IMG/VR virus record: IMGVR_UViG_3300038379_000694 | Location: 1 to 33,492 of that record | Length of the DNA stretch: 33,492 nucleotides | Reading direction: 5' to 3' (one strand) | DNA from: a virus | Taxonomy: Duplodnaviria; Caudoviricetes | Shown: piece by piece, positions 1-6,813 of the stretch | Numbering within the stretch: the stretch's first letter is position 1 | Layout of the letters: each line of letters begins with the position of its first letter | Translations under genes and position numbers: made by a program | The notes under the pieces: generated by a model | What the model was told of the DNA's origin: nothing | Seen by the model: only the letters and a program-made list of their open reading frames with translations | The model's database searches: none

Positions 1-180
1 TGTTGCCTCCTTCCGGTGGGGATGGACTGGGGTAAACTGGCGGCCAGGGGAACCTCCCCAAAATCAATTTTAAGGAGATTAAAATGAAACAGAATACTGC
101 ACTTCGGCTGGTTATTTCTCAGGGCCGCGAGGTCAAACCGGCCACCACAGAGATGGCTATTTCAATTCAGGAGTTTCTGG
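1..180 (+). repeat. Terminal direct repeat, copy 1 (circularisation overlap)
   Basis: Identical to 33313-33492 except C53 vs T33365. Confidence 0.97.
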
Positions 181-1112
181 TGGCGTTTAAGCAGGATGAT
201 AAAACTCCGGGGACGGTGGAGAAGTACGGCTGGCATTTGGAGCGGCTGGCGGAATGGCTGGCGGAGCGGCATGTAACCCGGCCGGGCCAGATGACGCGCT
301 TGCTTTTGCGGGAGTGGGGCGCGGGTCTTTTTGACCGGTGGGGGGCCTCGACGGTGAAGCAGGCTACCTGCGCGGCGCGAGCGTTTTTGAAGTATTTGCG
401 GGAGGAGAAGCTGCTGGATGAGCCGCTGGCGGATTGCCTGAAGTTGCCAAAGGTGGAAAGCGGGGAGCAACGGGTGTTGGATATTCAGGAGGTGCAGACG
501 GTGTTGGCCTCGTTTGCTCCTGACCGGGCGCTGGATGTGCGCGATTTGGCAATTATTTCGCTGTTGGTGGATAGCGGCCTGCGGGCTGCGGAATTATGCC
601 GGTTGAAGGAGAGCGATTTGCGGTTTGGGGTGCAGCTTTATGATCCGGAGACGAACCAGATTGTGACCGTGAATGTGTTGAGCGTGGTGCGAAAGGGGAA
701 GAAGCGGAAGCAGCCGGCCTATTTTGGGGAGGAGACGGCGGAGCGGATCAAGGCGTGGCTGAAGGTGAGGCCGCAGTTGGCCCGGCCGGAGGCGGAGGAA
801 TTGTTTGTGAGCCAAGGGGGGCTGAAGCCGGGGACGCATTTGACGCGGGATGGGCTGCGGGCGATTATCCGCACGGTGGCGCAGCGGGCGGGGGTGAAGC
901 ATTTTTCACCCCATGCGCTGCGGCGCTCGTTTGCCTGCCTGCTGGTTTTTGCGGGGGCTAACAGCCGGACGATTCAACTGTACGGCAATTGGTCCAATTT
1001 GAAGGAGGTGGAGACGTATACCCAGAGCTTGCAAGCCGGGGGGCAGTATCCGCGCTACAGCCCGATGAGGCTGGTGGAACGGCTGCGCCAGGCGGCTGAA
1101 CAGGGCGAATAA
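84..1112 (+). CDS. int: Tyrosine recombinase/integrase (XerC/D-like)
   Basis: SD AAGGAG; catalytic motifs GLRAAE (R), RKGKK (K), HALRR (HxxR), GNW (W), ETY (Y); N-terminal core-binding domain. Confidence 0.95.
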   Translation: MKQNTALRLVISQGREVKPATTEMAISIQEFLVAFKQDDKTPGTVEKYGWHLERLAEWLAERHVTRPGQMTRLLLREWGAGLFDRWGASTVKQATCAARAFLKYLREEKLLDEPLADCLKLPKVESGEQRVLDIQEVQTVLASFAPDRALDVRDLAIISLLVDSGLRAAELCRLKESDLRFGVQLYDPETNQIVTVNVLSVVRKGKKRKQPAYFGEETAERIKAWLKVRPQLARPEAEELFVSQGGLKPGTHLTRDGLRAIIRTVAQRAGVKHFSPHALRRSFACLLVFAGANSRTIQLYGNWSNLKEVETYTQSLQAGGQYPRYSPMRLVERLRQAAEQGE

Positions 1113-1123
1113 AGTTATCAACC

Positions 1124-1152
1124 AGACTCAGGAACGGGTTGTTTCTGAGTCT
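1124..1152 (+). other. Hairpin between the int stop and the att core
   Basis: AGACTCAG...CTGAGTCT inverted repeat. Confidence 0.55.
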
Positions 1153-1161
1153 GGGCCTGTT

Positions 1162-1197
1162 AGCAGTGGGTTCCAGGTTCGAGCCCTGGGCGGCTCA
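1162..1197 (+). other. attP core: 3' half of a tRNA gene (probably tRNA-Lys)
   Basis: 3' anticodon-stem strand GCAGT, variable loop GGGTT, T-arm CCAGG-TTCGAGC-CCTGG, acceptor strand GCGGCTC and discriminator A; no 5' half or D-arm; immediately downstream of int. Isotype is inferred from the acceptor/discriminator only. Confidence 0.82.
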
Positions 1198-1249
1198 TTA
1201 ACCAAGGTGCAGTATTCGGTTGGTAAGGTTCAGGTGGGCGCTTGGCCCG

Positions 1250-1275
1250 AAACCCGGCGCACGCCGGGTTTTTTG
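1250..1275 (+). terminator. Intrinsic terminator (replacement terminator for the host tRNA after integration)
   Basis: AACCCGGCG-CA-CGCCGGGTT followed by a T run. Confidence 0.85.
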
Positions 1276-1316
1276 TTTAAGGCACCTCTTGAGAGAGGCG
1301 GTGAAAGCGAGAGAAA

Positions 1317-1583
1317 ATGGAATTGACTCCTATTCAACAAACAGCCCTTGAGGATTTGATCAGAGAAGCAGAGAGTGAGCTGGTCCGGCTCAAGGACGCT
1401 TTGGCAGAACGGGAACGGGAACAGGCCAGGCTGGAAGTGCAAGAGATGTTGGGTGAACTGAACGATGGTCAGCTAGAGGTTTTGGACACGTATCCCGATA
1501 AAATCGCCGGCCTGCAAGAAGAAATTGATCTCGCCTCTAAGCGGCTGGCTGATCTGCGGGCGGCTCGTCCAATATCTGGCTGA
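1317..1583 (+). CDS. Hypothetical coiled-coil/helical protein, 88 aa
   Basis: ATG start, heptad-like L/E/R-rich sequence. Confidence 0.7.
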   Translation: MELTPIQQTALEDLIREAESELVRLKDALAEREREQARLEVQEMLGELNDGQLEVLDTYPDKIAGLQEEIDLASKRLADLRAARPISG

Positions 1584-1758
1584 GCCGGCTCAGAACGGCC
1601 TTTTCCAGTTGGAATATTTGCAGGTTGGCAATTTCCTGTTTGGTCCATTCTTCTTTGGTTACATGAATGTGGAGTTGGACGGGGCCAAAAATGGGGTCCC
1701 AGAGAATGGCCCGGTTAACTTCTTCGCGGATGATTTTGCGCAGTTCTTGCTTGTCCAT
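1537..1758 (-). CDS. Hypothetical protein, 73 aa
   Basis: ATG with upstream AGAAGGGA; protein-like composition; 3' end overlaps the convergent ORF. Confidence 0.6.
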   Translation of the reverse strand: MDKQELRKIIREEVNRAILWDPIFGPVQLHIHVTKEEWTKQEIANLQIFQLEKAVLSRLSQILDEPPADQPAA

Positions 1759-1861
1759 AAAACAGTAATCCCTTCTGGCCTAAAGGCCGGTGGTGACCCG
1801 CAGGGCTATACCGCAAGGGTACGCTTTAGCGTCAGTTTGTAAGCCTCTCAGGAGAGGCGCC

Positions 1862-2287
1862 ATGGGTTTTTTTTCGTCGTTATTCGGTAAAAAATCACCA
1901 GATGTCATAAATTTGCCTGGGCCGGGCACGTTTTCTGTGCCCATCGTCGGCGAGTCACATTATCAGCAAGCCCTGGAGTCTATTTGTGGCCGGCGAAAAG
2001 TAGATGGGGAAGAGAAGCTGGTTAAGGCCATGCTCATTCTCGATAATGCCAATCCCGTTGATAAGCTGGCCGTTCGGGTTGAGATCAATGGGCTGACCGT
2101 GGGCCACCTGAGCAAGAAGGATGCCCGCCAGTACCGCGCCCAGTTGAAGCAGGCGCGCCGGCCCAATGCGATTATCGCTTGTCAGGCTGAGATTAGAGGG
2201 GGCTGGGAGCGACCTAAAGGTAAGGGTCAAGTGGATCGCGGTCACTATGGCGTTTGGTTGGATTTGCCGACAGATGAAGATGATTGA
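1862..2287 (+). CDS. HIRAN-domain protein
   Basis: Start MGFFSSLFG after GGAGAGG; motifs IVGESHYQ and NPVDKLAVRVEINGLTVGHLS typical of HIRAN. Confidence 0.82.
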   Translation: MGFFSSLFGKKSPDVINLPGPGTFSVPIVGESHYQQALESICGRRKVDGEEKLVKAMLILDNANPVDKLAVRVEINGLTVGHLSKKDARQYRAQLKQARRPNAIIACQAEIRGGWERPKGKGQVDRGHYGVWLDLPTDEDD

Positions 2288-2409
2288 GTAATCCCTCCTG
2301 CCCGTAAGGGCGGGTGTGATAGCCCCCTCTCCGTTGACTTTGGCGAGCGGCGGGAGAGGCAGGGCGGTGAAGGTGGCCTGGTGACTTACTTAGCAAGGGG
2401 ACCTGGCCG

Positions 2410-2460
2410 AAACAAAAAAGCACTTTCGTTCCATTAGGGAGCGAGGGTGCTTTTTGTTTT
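2410..2460. terminator. Bidirectional intrinsic terminator between the HIRAN and repressor genes
   Basis: AAACAAAAAAGCAC...GTGCTTTTTGTTTT stem with A/T tails between convergent genes. Confidence 0.8.
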
Positions 2461-2758
2461 ACGATGGAGACAGTGTGACTTTCAAGCCAGTAGCATAGGA
2501 TGCCAGGGCTTCTACCATCTCGGCATCTCCGATTCTGTGGTAGTACTGAGCCATTTTTTGGAGATTGGGGACGCTCATATCGCGTTCTCCTTTCTCGGTG
2601 ATGTACTTGTAGAGCACAGAAGTTTTTAGACCCATTTCATGGGCATAATCCTCGAAAGATTTATCCCCACGTCTGGCGTTGACCATCTCCATCAAGATTG
2701 CCATGTCCAAGTCGCCTCCTTTCTGTAAGGTTACGGTGATTTCATTTGCTTCAAGCAT
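2459..2758 (-). CDS. XRE-like HTH repressor (alternative start ATG 2704 with SD AAGGAGG)
   Basis: HTH-like SFEDYAHEMGLKTSVLYKY; divergent from the lytic-type operon. Confidence 0.72.
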   Translation of the reverse strand: MLEANEITVTLQKGGDLDMAILMEMVNARRGDKSFEDYAHEMGLKTSVLYKYITEKGERDMSVPNLQKMAQYYHRIGDAEMVEALASYATGLKVTLSPS

Positions 2759-2764
2759 AAGCCT

Positions 2765-2793
2765 ATATTACACCAGATTTTTACAATTGTCAA
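2765..2793 (-). promoter_or_regulatory. Leftward sigma70-type promoter (repressor)
   Basis: TTGACA-17 bp-TAATAT on the minus strand. Confidence 0.75.
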
Positions 2794-2832
2794 GTGTCAA
2801 TATAATTTATCTTAATACTTGACAATTGTAAA
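2780..2832. promoter_or_regulatory. Paired operator-like inverted repeat overlapping both -35 boxes
   Basis: TTTACAATTGTCAAGT (2780-2795) and ACTTGACAATTGTAAA (2817-2832) are exact reverse complements; each is quasi-palindromic around CAATTG. Confidence 0.7.
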
Positions 2833-2847
2833 TAAATGTGATAGGAT
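2819..2847 (+). promoter_or_regulatory. Rightward sigma70-type promoter
   Basis: TTGACA-17 bp-TAGGAT with extended -10 TG. Confidence 0.78.
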
Positions 2848-2890
2848 AAAGCCATCGAATTAACTACCCTATTCAAACAGGAGCAACCTT

Positions 2891-3022
2891 ATGCAAATCT
2901 TCAATTTCTTTATCCACTTAGCGACCGAATGGTATTGCAGCAAGTGCGGCGCCCATCTGGGAACCACCCAGGGGGGCGAGGGCCGGGCCGAGGTGGTGTG
3001 CGCGGCGTGCAGCAAGAAGTAG
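2891..3022 (+). CDS. Small zinc-finger protein, 43 aa (not in the ORF track)
   Basis: SD AGGAG; MQIFNFFIHLATEWYCSKCGAHLGTTQGGEGRAEVVCAACSKK with two CxxC. Confidence 0.75.
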   Translation: MQIFNFFIHLATEWYCSKCGAHLGTTQGGEGRAEVVCAACSKK

Positions 3023-3025
3023 TCA

Positions 3026-3082
3026 GTAGCAGGTAGCAGGTAGCAGGTAGCAGGGTAGCAGGTAGCAGGTAGCAAGTAGCAG
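3026..3082 (+). repeat. Heptamer tandem repeat (GTAGCAG) x8
   Basis: Read directly; fills the intergenic gap and ends in the next SD. Confidence 0.95.
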
Positions 3083-3089
3083 GAGATAA

Positions 3090-3227
3090 ATGATGATGTG
3101 GACTTTGGTGATTGATGGGGAGGCGTTGAATTTGCGGCTTTCTTATGCGGAGGCGCTGGTGTGGCTGCGGGTGCTGCGGGCCAGTTTTCCGGGGGCGGTG
3201 ATTGGGCTGGCGGTGGGAGGGAATTAG
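3090..3227 (+). CDS. Small hypothetical protein, 45 aa (not in the ORF track)
   Basis: SD AGGAG; MMMWTLVIDGEALNLRLSYAEALVWLRVLRASFPGAVIGLAVGGN; stop 1 nt before the next ATG. Confidence 0.62.
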   Translation: MMMWTLVIDGEALNLRLSYAEALVWLRVLRASFPGAVIGLAVGGN

Positions 3228-3228
3228 G

Positions 3229-4845
3229 ATGACCACGAACTACTATGATCCCAACACTTTGATCTTCATCCAGAGCCGGGCGGAGAGTGACCCGGCTTTG
3301 GTGGAGGAATACGCCCGGATGATGGCTGAGGGGGTGGGCTTTGACCCGGCCAGCGCGGTGACGGATGGAACGCAGATTTTTGTGTGGGACGGCTATCACC
3401 GGGGGGCGGCGGCCAAACAGTCGGGCAAGCTGCTGTTTGTGAGCGTGAGGCCCGGCAGCCGGGAAGAGGCGGAGTGGTTAGCCCTGAGCGCCAACCAAAA
3501 GCACGGCTTGCGGCGGAGCAATGCCGACAAGCGGCGGGTGGTGGAATTGGCGTTGCAGCACCCGACCGGGGCGCAGATGAGTGACCGGCAGATTGGGGCG
3601 CATTGCGGGGTGAGTAATACCTTTGTGGGTAAAGTTCGGTCAGAATTAAGTGTGACTGTCAACGGTTTACAGTCAGAGACCCGGATCGGGGCGGATGGGC
3701 GCGTCATCAACACCGCCAATATCGGCGGGGTCCGCTATGTGGAGATGTGGCAGCTCGAGCGGGGTTTGCGGGCCTGGCTGGACAAAACCTACATTCACGG
3801 GCTGCAAACGCAGATTGACATGCTGGAAACGATCAAGCAAGGTAGCCCGAATGGGCTGGAAACCCTGGGGACGCTGCTGACACAAGAGATTCTGCCGGGA
3901 CCGCGGCGGAAGGTGGATGTGATCCAGGCGTGTCATAATGTGCTGGAGCAACTACGGCAACAGGCTATGATGGTTAATGAGGAGGAGAAAATCAGCTTGA
4001 TCCTGGCTGAGGCCCAGGCCAATGGGGTTAATATAGAGGGTTTGTTCTTTTGCCCCAATTGTACCAATTGGGATGTGGCTGTTTTTAAGAAGCCCTTCCA
4101 AATTTTTTGTTCGTATTGCAGCCGCAGATATAAAACCTCCGCTGAGGTTGAGGCGCTTTTGGATTACCAGGCCGAGGCGATGGCCAGGCTGAAGCAAATG
4201 GCGGCGGAGCTGGCGGAACGGCGGGCGCTGGCGTCTCTCCCCTCCACCGGGGAGGAGGTGAAAGCTCTTGGTCAAGAGCTGCCGACCGACGCCTTCAAAA
4301 TCCCCACCATTGGCGACTCATTCACCCCTCTCACCGATTGGAAGTGCCACAACTGCGGCCGGCGTATTCCGGCGGGGACGGCGGCCACGGTGGTGAAGGT
4401 CAATAGCCAGGATTGGCAGATTTGTCCGGCCTGTTTGCCGGATTTTAAGAAGCGGGCGGGGGTGAGGGGGGCAGGGGGGCAAGGTGACAAGGCGACAAGG
4501 TGGCAAGGTGACAAGGTGAATCTAAGTCACTCTGTCACCGTGTCACCCCCTCACCTTGTCACTTTCATCTGTCCACGTTGCGGGGGGCGGACGGGGCGGG
4601 TCAATGGGGGGGCGCTGTGTTTGAGTGAGGCGTGCGGGGCCAGTTGGCCAACGCGGGCGGAGTATGAGTCGGAACTCGACGCTTATCTGGATGACCTGGA
4701 TGCGCCGCCGCTGGAGGTTGAGCCGGAACGGGCCGAGGCGCTGCGGCGGATCAATATGCTCCTGGCCCGGCTGCCAACGGGGCGGTTGGGGGAGGTGGCC
4801 GTGAAGCTGCAAGCTTTGTTAAAGGATTTTGAGGGGGACTCTTAA
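3229..4845 (+). CDS. ParB/Srx-like N-terminal domain + HTH + three Cys-rich zinc-ribbon motifs
   Basis: VWDGYHR ParB-like motif, ANQKHGLRRSNADKRR, HTH MSDRQIGAHCGVSNTFVGKVR; CPNC/CSYC, CHNC/CPAC, CPRC/C-C; start MTTNYY after GGAGG. Confidence 0.8.
   Translation: MTTNYYDPNTLIFIQSRAESDPALVEEYARMMAEGVGFDPASAVTDGTQIFVWDGYHRGAAAKQSGKLLFVSVRPGSREEAEWLALSANQKHGLRRSNADKRRVVELALQHPTGAQMSDRQIGAHCGVSNTFVGKVRSELSVTVNGLQSETRIGADGRVINTANIGGVRYVEMWQLERGLRAWLDKTYIHGLQTQIDMLETIKQGSPNGLETLGTLLTQEILPGPRRKVDVIQACHNVLEQLRQQAMMVNEEEKISLILAEAQANGVNIEGLFFCPNCTNWDVAVFKKPFQIFCSYCSRRYKTSAEVEALLDYQAEAMARLKQMAAELAERRALASLPSTGEEVKALGQELPTDAFKIPTIGDSFTPLTDWKCHNCGRRIPAGTAATVVKVNSQDWQICPACLPDFKKRAGVRGAGGQGDKATRWQGDKVNLSHSVTVSPPHLVTFICPRCGGRTGRVNGGALCLSEACGASWPTRAEYESELDAYLDDLDAPPLEVEPERAEALRRINMLLARLPTGRLGEVAVKLQALLKDFEGDS
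4478..4561. repeat. Octamer (GGTGACAA-type) tandem repeat with inverted counterpart, in frame within the ParB-like gene
   Basis: GGCAAGGTGACAAGGCGACAAGGTGGCAAGGTGACAAGGTG followed by inverted GTCACC/CTTGTCAC units. Confidence 0.85.
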
Positions 4846-4918
4846 CCGGGCGCGGGAAATGTGATATTCTTTTTCCAAGTGCGAACCCTGCCCTGGAGAA
4901 CCCCCCTTTTATTTTTAA

Positions 4919-4961
4919 GTGAAGCCCCATCAGGCGAGACCGATGGGGCTTCACGCTTTTT
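4919..4961 (+). terminator. Intrinsic terminator after the ParB-like gene
   Basis: 13-bp perfect stem GTGAAGCCCCATC/GATGGGGCTTCAC then GCTTTTT. Confidence 0.7.
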
Positions 4962-4982
4962 GAGAGTAGGCCAGAGCGGGTA

Positions 4983-5011
4983 TTGTCAACACAGAATAAA
5001 TGTGCTATCAT
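4983..5011 (+). promoter_or_regulatory. Sigma70-type promoter
   Basis: TTGTCA-17 bp-TATCAT with extended -10 TG; shares AATAAATGTG spacer sequence with the 2819 promoter. Confidence 0.65.
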
Positions 5012-5017
5012 TATAGG

Positions 5018-5123
5018 CAATTGAATGGGGTGACAGCCTGGCCTGGGCGCCGGTCGTCACCCCCATCAAATCGGCTCCGGCAGGCTGTCACCTCCTCACA
5101 CCTGCGGAGCCGATTTTGATTTT
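5018..5123 (+). ncRNA. Structured leader / candidate attenuator or small RNA
   Basis: Hairpin 5025-5066, terminator-like stem 5068-5079/5105-5116 with a T-rich tail, and an alternative perfect 12-bp helix 5029-5040/5081-5092. Confidence 0.5.
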
Positions 5124-5188
5124 AAATGTCCTTTGCCAAATCTATGCCGAAGGCGGATACAAACGCAGTCGAGTTTTGATTCTCACCG

Positions 5189-5482
5189 GTGGATAGTCTG
5201 CCGGTTTTTTATTTGGTTTTGTTTGGACTGCTGCTGCTACTGAGCCACGTGGCCGGAGCGGTGATGGCAAATTGGTCTTTCCGGGATGCGGCCCGGTTTC
5301 AGGGGTCGCTGCTGGCAGATTGGGACCGGCTGAAGCAGGAAAATAAGCTGCTTCACGAGGAAGTTTTTCAGTTGCGGGGCGAGATTTTGGAACTGAAACA
5401 GCGGCTCAATGCGGCGGAGGATCACATTGCGCAGTATAGCAGCCAATTAACAACCGAGCGTGAAGCGAGTTTTACTGGTTGA
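5189..5482 (+). CDS. Membrane-anchored coiled-coil protein (holin-like candidate)
   Basis: N-terminal hydrophobic helix followed by a heptad coiled coil; GTG start. Confidence 0.68.
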   Translation: MDSLPVFYLVLFGLLLLLSHVAGAVMANWSFRDAARFQGSLLADWDRLKQENKLLHEEVFQLRGEILELKQRLNAAEDHIAQYSSQLTTEREASFTG

Positions 5483-6002
5483 GGATCAACTGCCGTTTAT
5501 GGTGCAGGGCATCATCGAGGCCCTGGGCGAGTTCGCGGTGGAGTACGTGAAGACGGGCGACGCGGCGGTGGGCCGCTTCCTGAAGGGGACTTATGACCTG
5601 GTGCTGCTGGATCTCAGGCTGCCGGGCCTGCCGGGCCTCGCGGTGCTGGACGGTCTGCGGCGGATTGACCCGGAGCTGCCGGTGGTGGTGGTGAGCGCCT
5701 TTGGCGACCGGCAGACGCGGGAGCAGGCCCTCAAGCTGGGGGCCTCGGATTATTTTGTGAAGCCGCCCAATTATCGCCGGCTGCACCGGCGCATGCTGGA
5801 ATTGTGCGCCCGGCGGGAACTGGAACAAGCCAAGGGACGGATGCAAACAGTGCAACTGGAGGGGCGGCAGGCAGAGCAAATGGCGCTGATGCGGCGGCTA
5901 CAGAAGCTGCGCGAGCAGGCGGCCAAAATGGGGATTAGCACACCGCCAGAGGTGTTAGTGGAGATTGAGGATATAGAGCAGGAGATGGGGGGGTGGGGTT
6001 AA
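5460..6002 (+). CDS. Response-regulator receiver (CheY-like) with C-terminal helical hairpin
   Basis: VLLVED acidic pocket, LVLLDLRLP phospho-acceptor Asp, VVVSA Ser, YFVKP Lys all intact. Confidence 0.92.
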   Translation: MKRVLLVEDQLPFMVQGIIEALGEFAVEYVKTGDAAVGRFLKGTYDLVLLDLRLPGLPGLAVLDGLRRIDPELPVVVVSAFGDRQTREQALKLGASDYFVKPPNYRRLHRRMLELCARRELEQAKGRMQTVQLEGRQAEQMALMRRLQKLREQAAKMGISTPPEVLVEIEDIEQEMGGWG

Positions 6003-6235
6003 TGAGCGATCAGGAACGGATGGATTTGGTGGCTGTGCGTTTGATGGAGTTGTACGATGCCTTTTATCGGATTATCGAGAGTTTGAAGCTCTTGAAATTT
6101 CCAGAGGATACGTACCGTTTTCAGGAATTGATTTTAGAATTGGAGTTTGACCTGAGCCGGTTGAACGACCGGATCACCTTGGCCAAAAATTGGCGCTTGC
6201 TGGCAGGACAGCATGACGAATCCGCGCAGCCCTGA
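6002..6235 (+). CDS. Hypothetical helical protein (start MSDQE)
   Basis: ATG overlaps the receiver stop (TAATG). Confidence 0.7.
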   Translation: MSDQERMDLVAVRLMELYDAFYRIIESLKLLKFPEDTYRFQELILELEFDLSRLNDRITLAKNWRLLAGQHDESAQP

Positions 6236-6683
6236 GCAAATGCCCTTTGTGAGGCAGGGTACACTTTATCAACCCGATGGGTCGGTGATTTGCGCGGTGG
6301 GTCCGCACACGGGGTTTGGGGATTGGCTGAGGTTGAATAAAGGTTTTCGGTATGAGAGCCTGGCCGGGGTGGAGATTAGTGTGCTGAAGGAGCGGCGGCA
6401 GGGGCGCTCCGGGGAGTATTTTGATTATTTTTACGCGCACCGGCGGGTGTTTGGGCAGTTGATGCGGGTGTATTTGGGCAAGGCGGAGAAGGTCACAGTT
6501 TCAGCCTTAGAGTACGCGGCGGGCCGGTTGGGTCAAATCGAGTTGGGCTTGGGGGTGAAAAAAGAGCGCCCAGTTGTGAGACGGCCAGAGGGTGTTGAGG
6601 AAAAAGGCCAGGGGCAGGTAAACGAAAACGCGCCGGCCCAAAGGGTGGCGCGTGGGGAATCACGTCAGTTGGAGTTGTTCTAA
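6213..6683 (+). CDS. Putative nucleic-acid-binding protein (DUF6788-like; resembles the N-terminal domain of Chloroflexota MalT/LuxR-type regulators)
   Basis: Pattern DWL...F.Y...KERR.G...YFYAHRR..GQL..VYLGK...VT..ALE.AA, recognised from memory. Confidence 0.65.
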   Translation: MTNPRSPEQMPFVRQGTLYQPDGSVICAVGPHTGFGDWLRLNKGFRYESLAGVEISVLKERRQGRSGEYFDYFYAHRRVFGQLMRVYLGKAEKVTVSALEYAAGRLGQIELGLGVKKERPVVRRPEGVEEKGQGQVNENAPAQRVARGESRQLELF

Positions 6684-6813
6684 ATTCGCCGTTGAATAGA
6701 TTCGGGTAGACATAGTGAGTACCTTTGCGCTCGACTCTATCACTAAACCTGGGAAGAGTCAAGGGGCAAATTTCGCCAGGGATGTCTCACAATGAGGCGA
6801 CGGAGGTCGGCGA

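Noticed and set aside
1120-1200. Intact phage tRNA gene
   Set aside because: No 5' acceptor strand (GAGCCGC), D-arm or paired anticodon stem; only the 3' half is present
1206-1217. Resemblance of GGTGCAGTATTC to the 5' end of OLE RNA as I recall it
   Set aside because: Match is about 12 nt and a terminator follows within 60 nt; OLE is about 600 nt
1280-1860. CCTCT..GAGAGGC mini-hairpins at about 1286 and 1843, with a partial copy at about 14983
   Set aside because: Too short and variable to define a family; they may simply overlap SD sequences
2290-2413. Possible ribozyme or ncRNA (hairpins ending in GGCCGAAAC)
   Set aside because: Hammerhead core CUGANGA is not present (CTGGTGA); stems are not clearly beyond GC-rich chance
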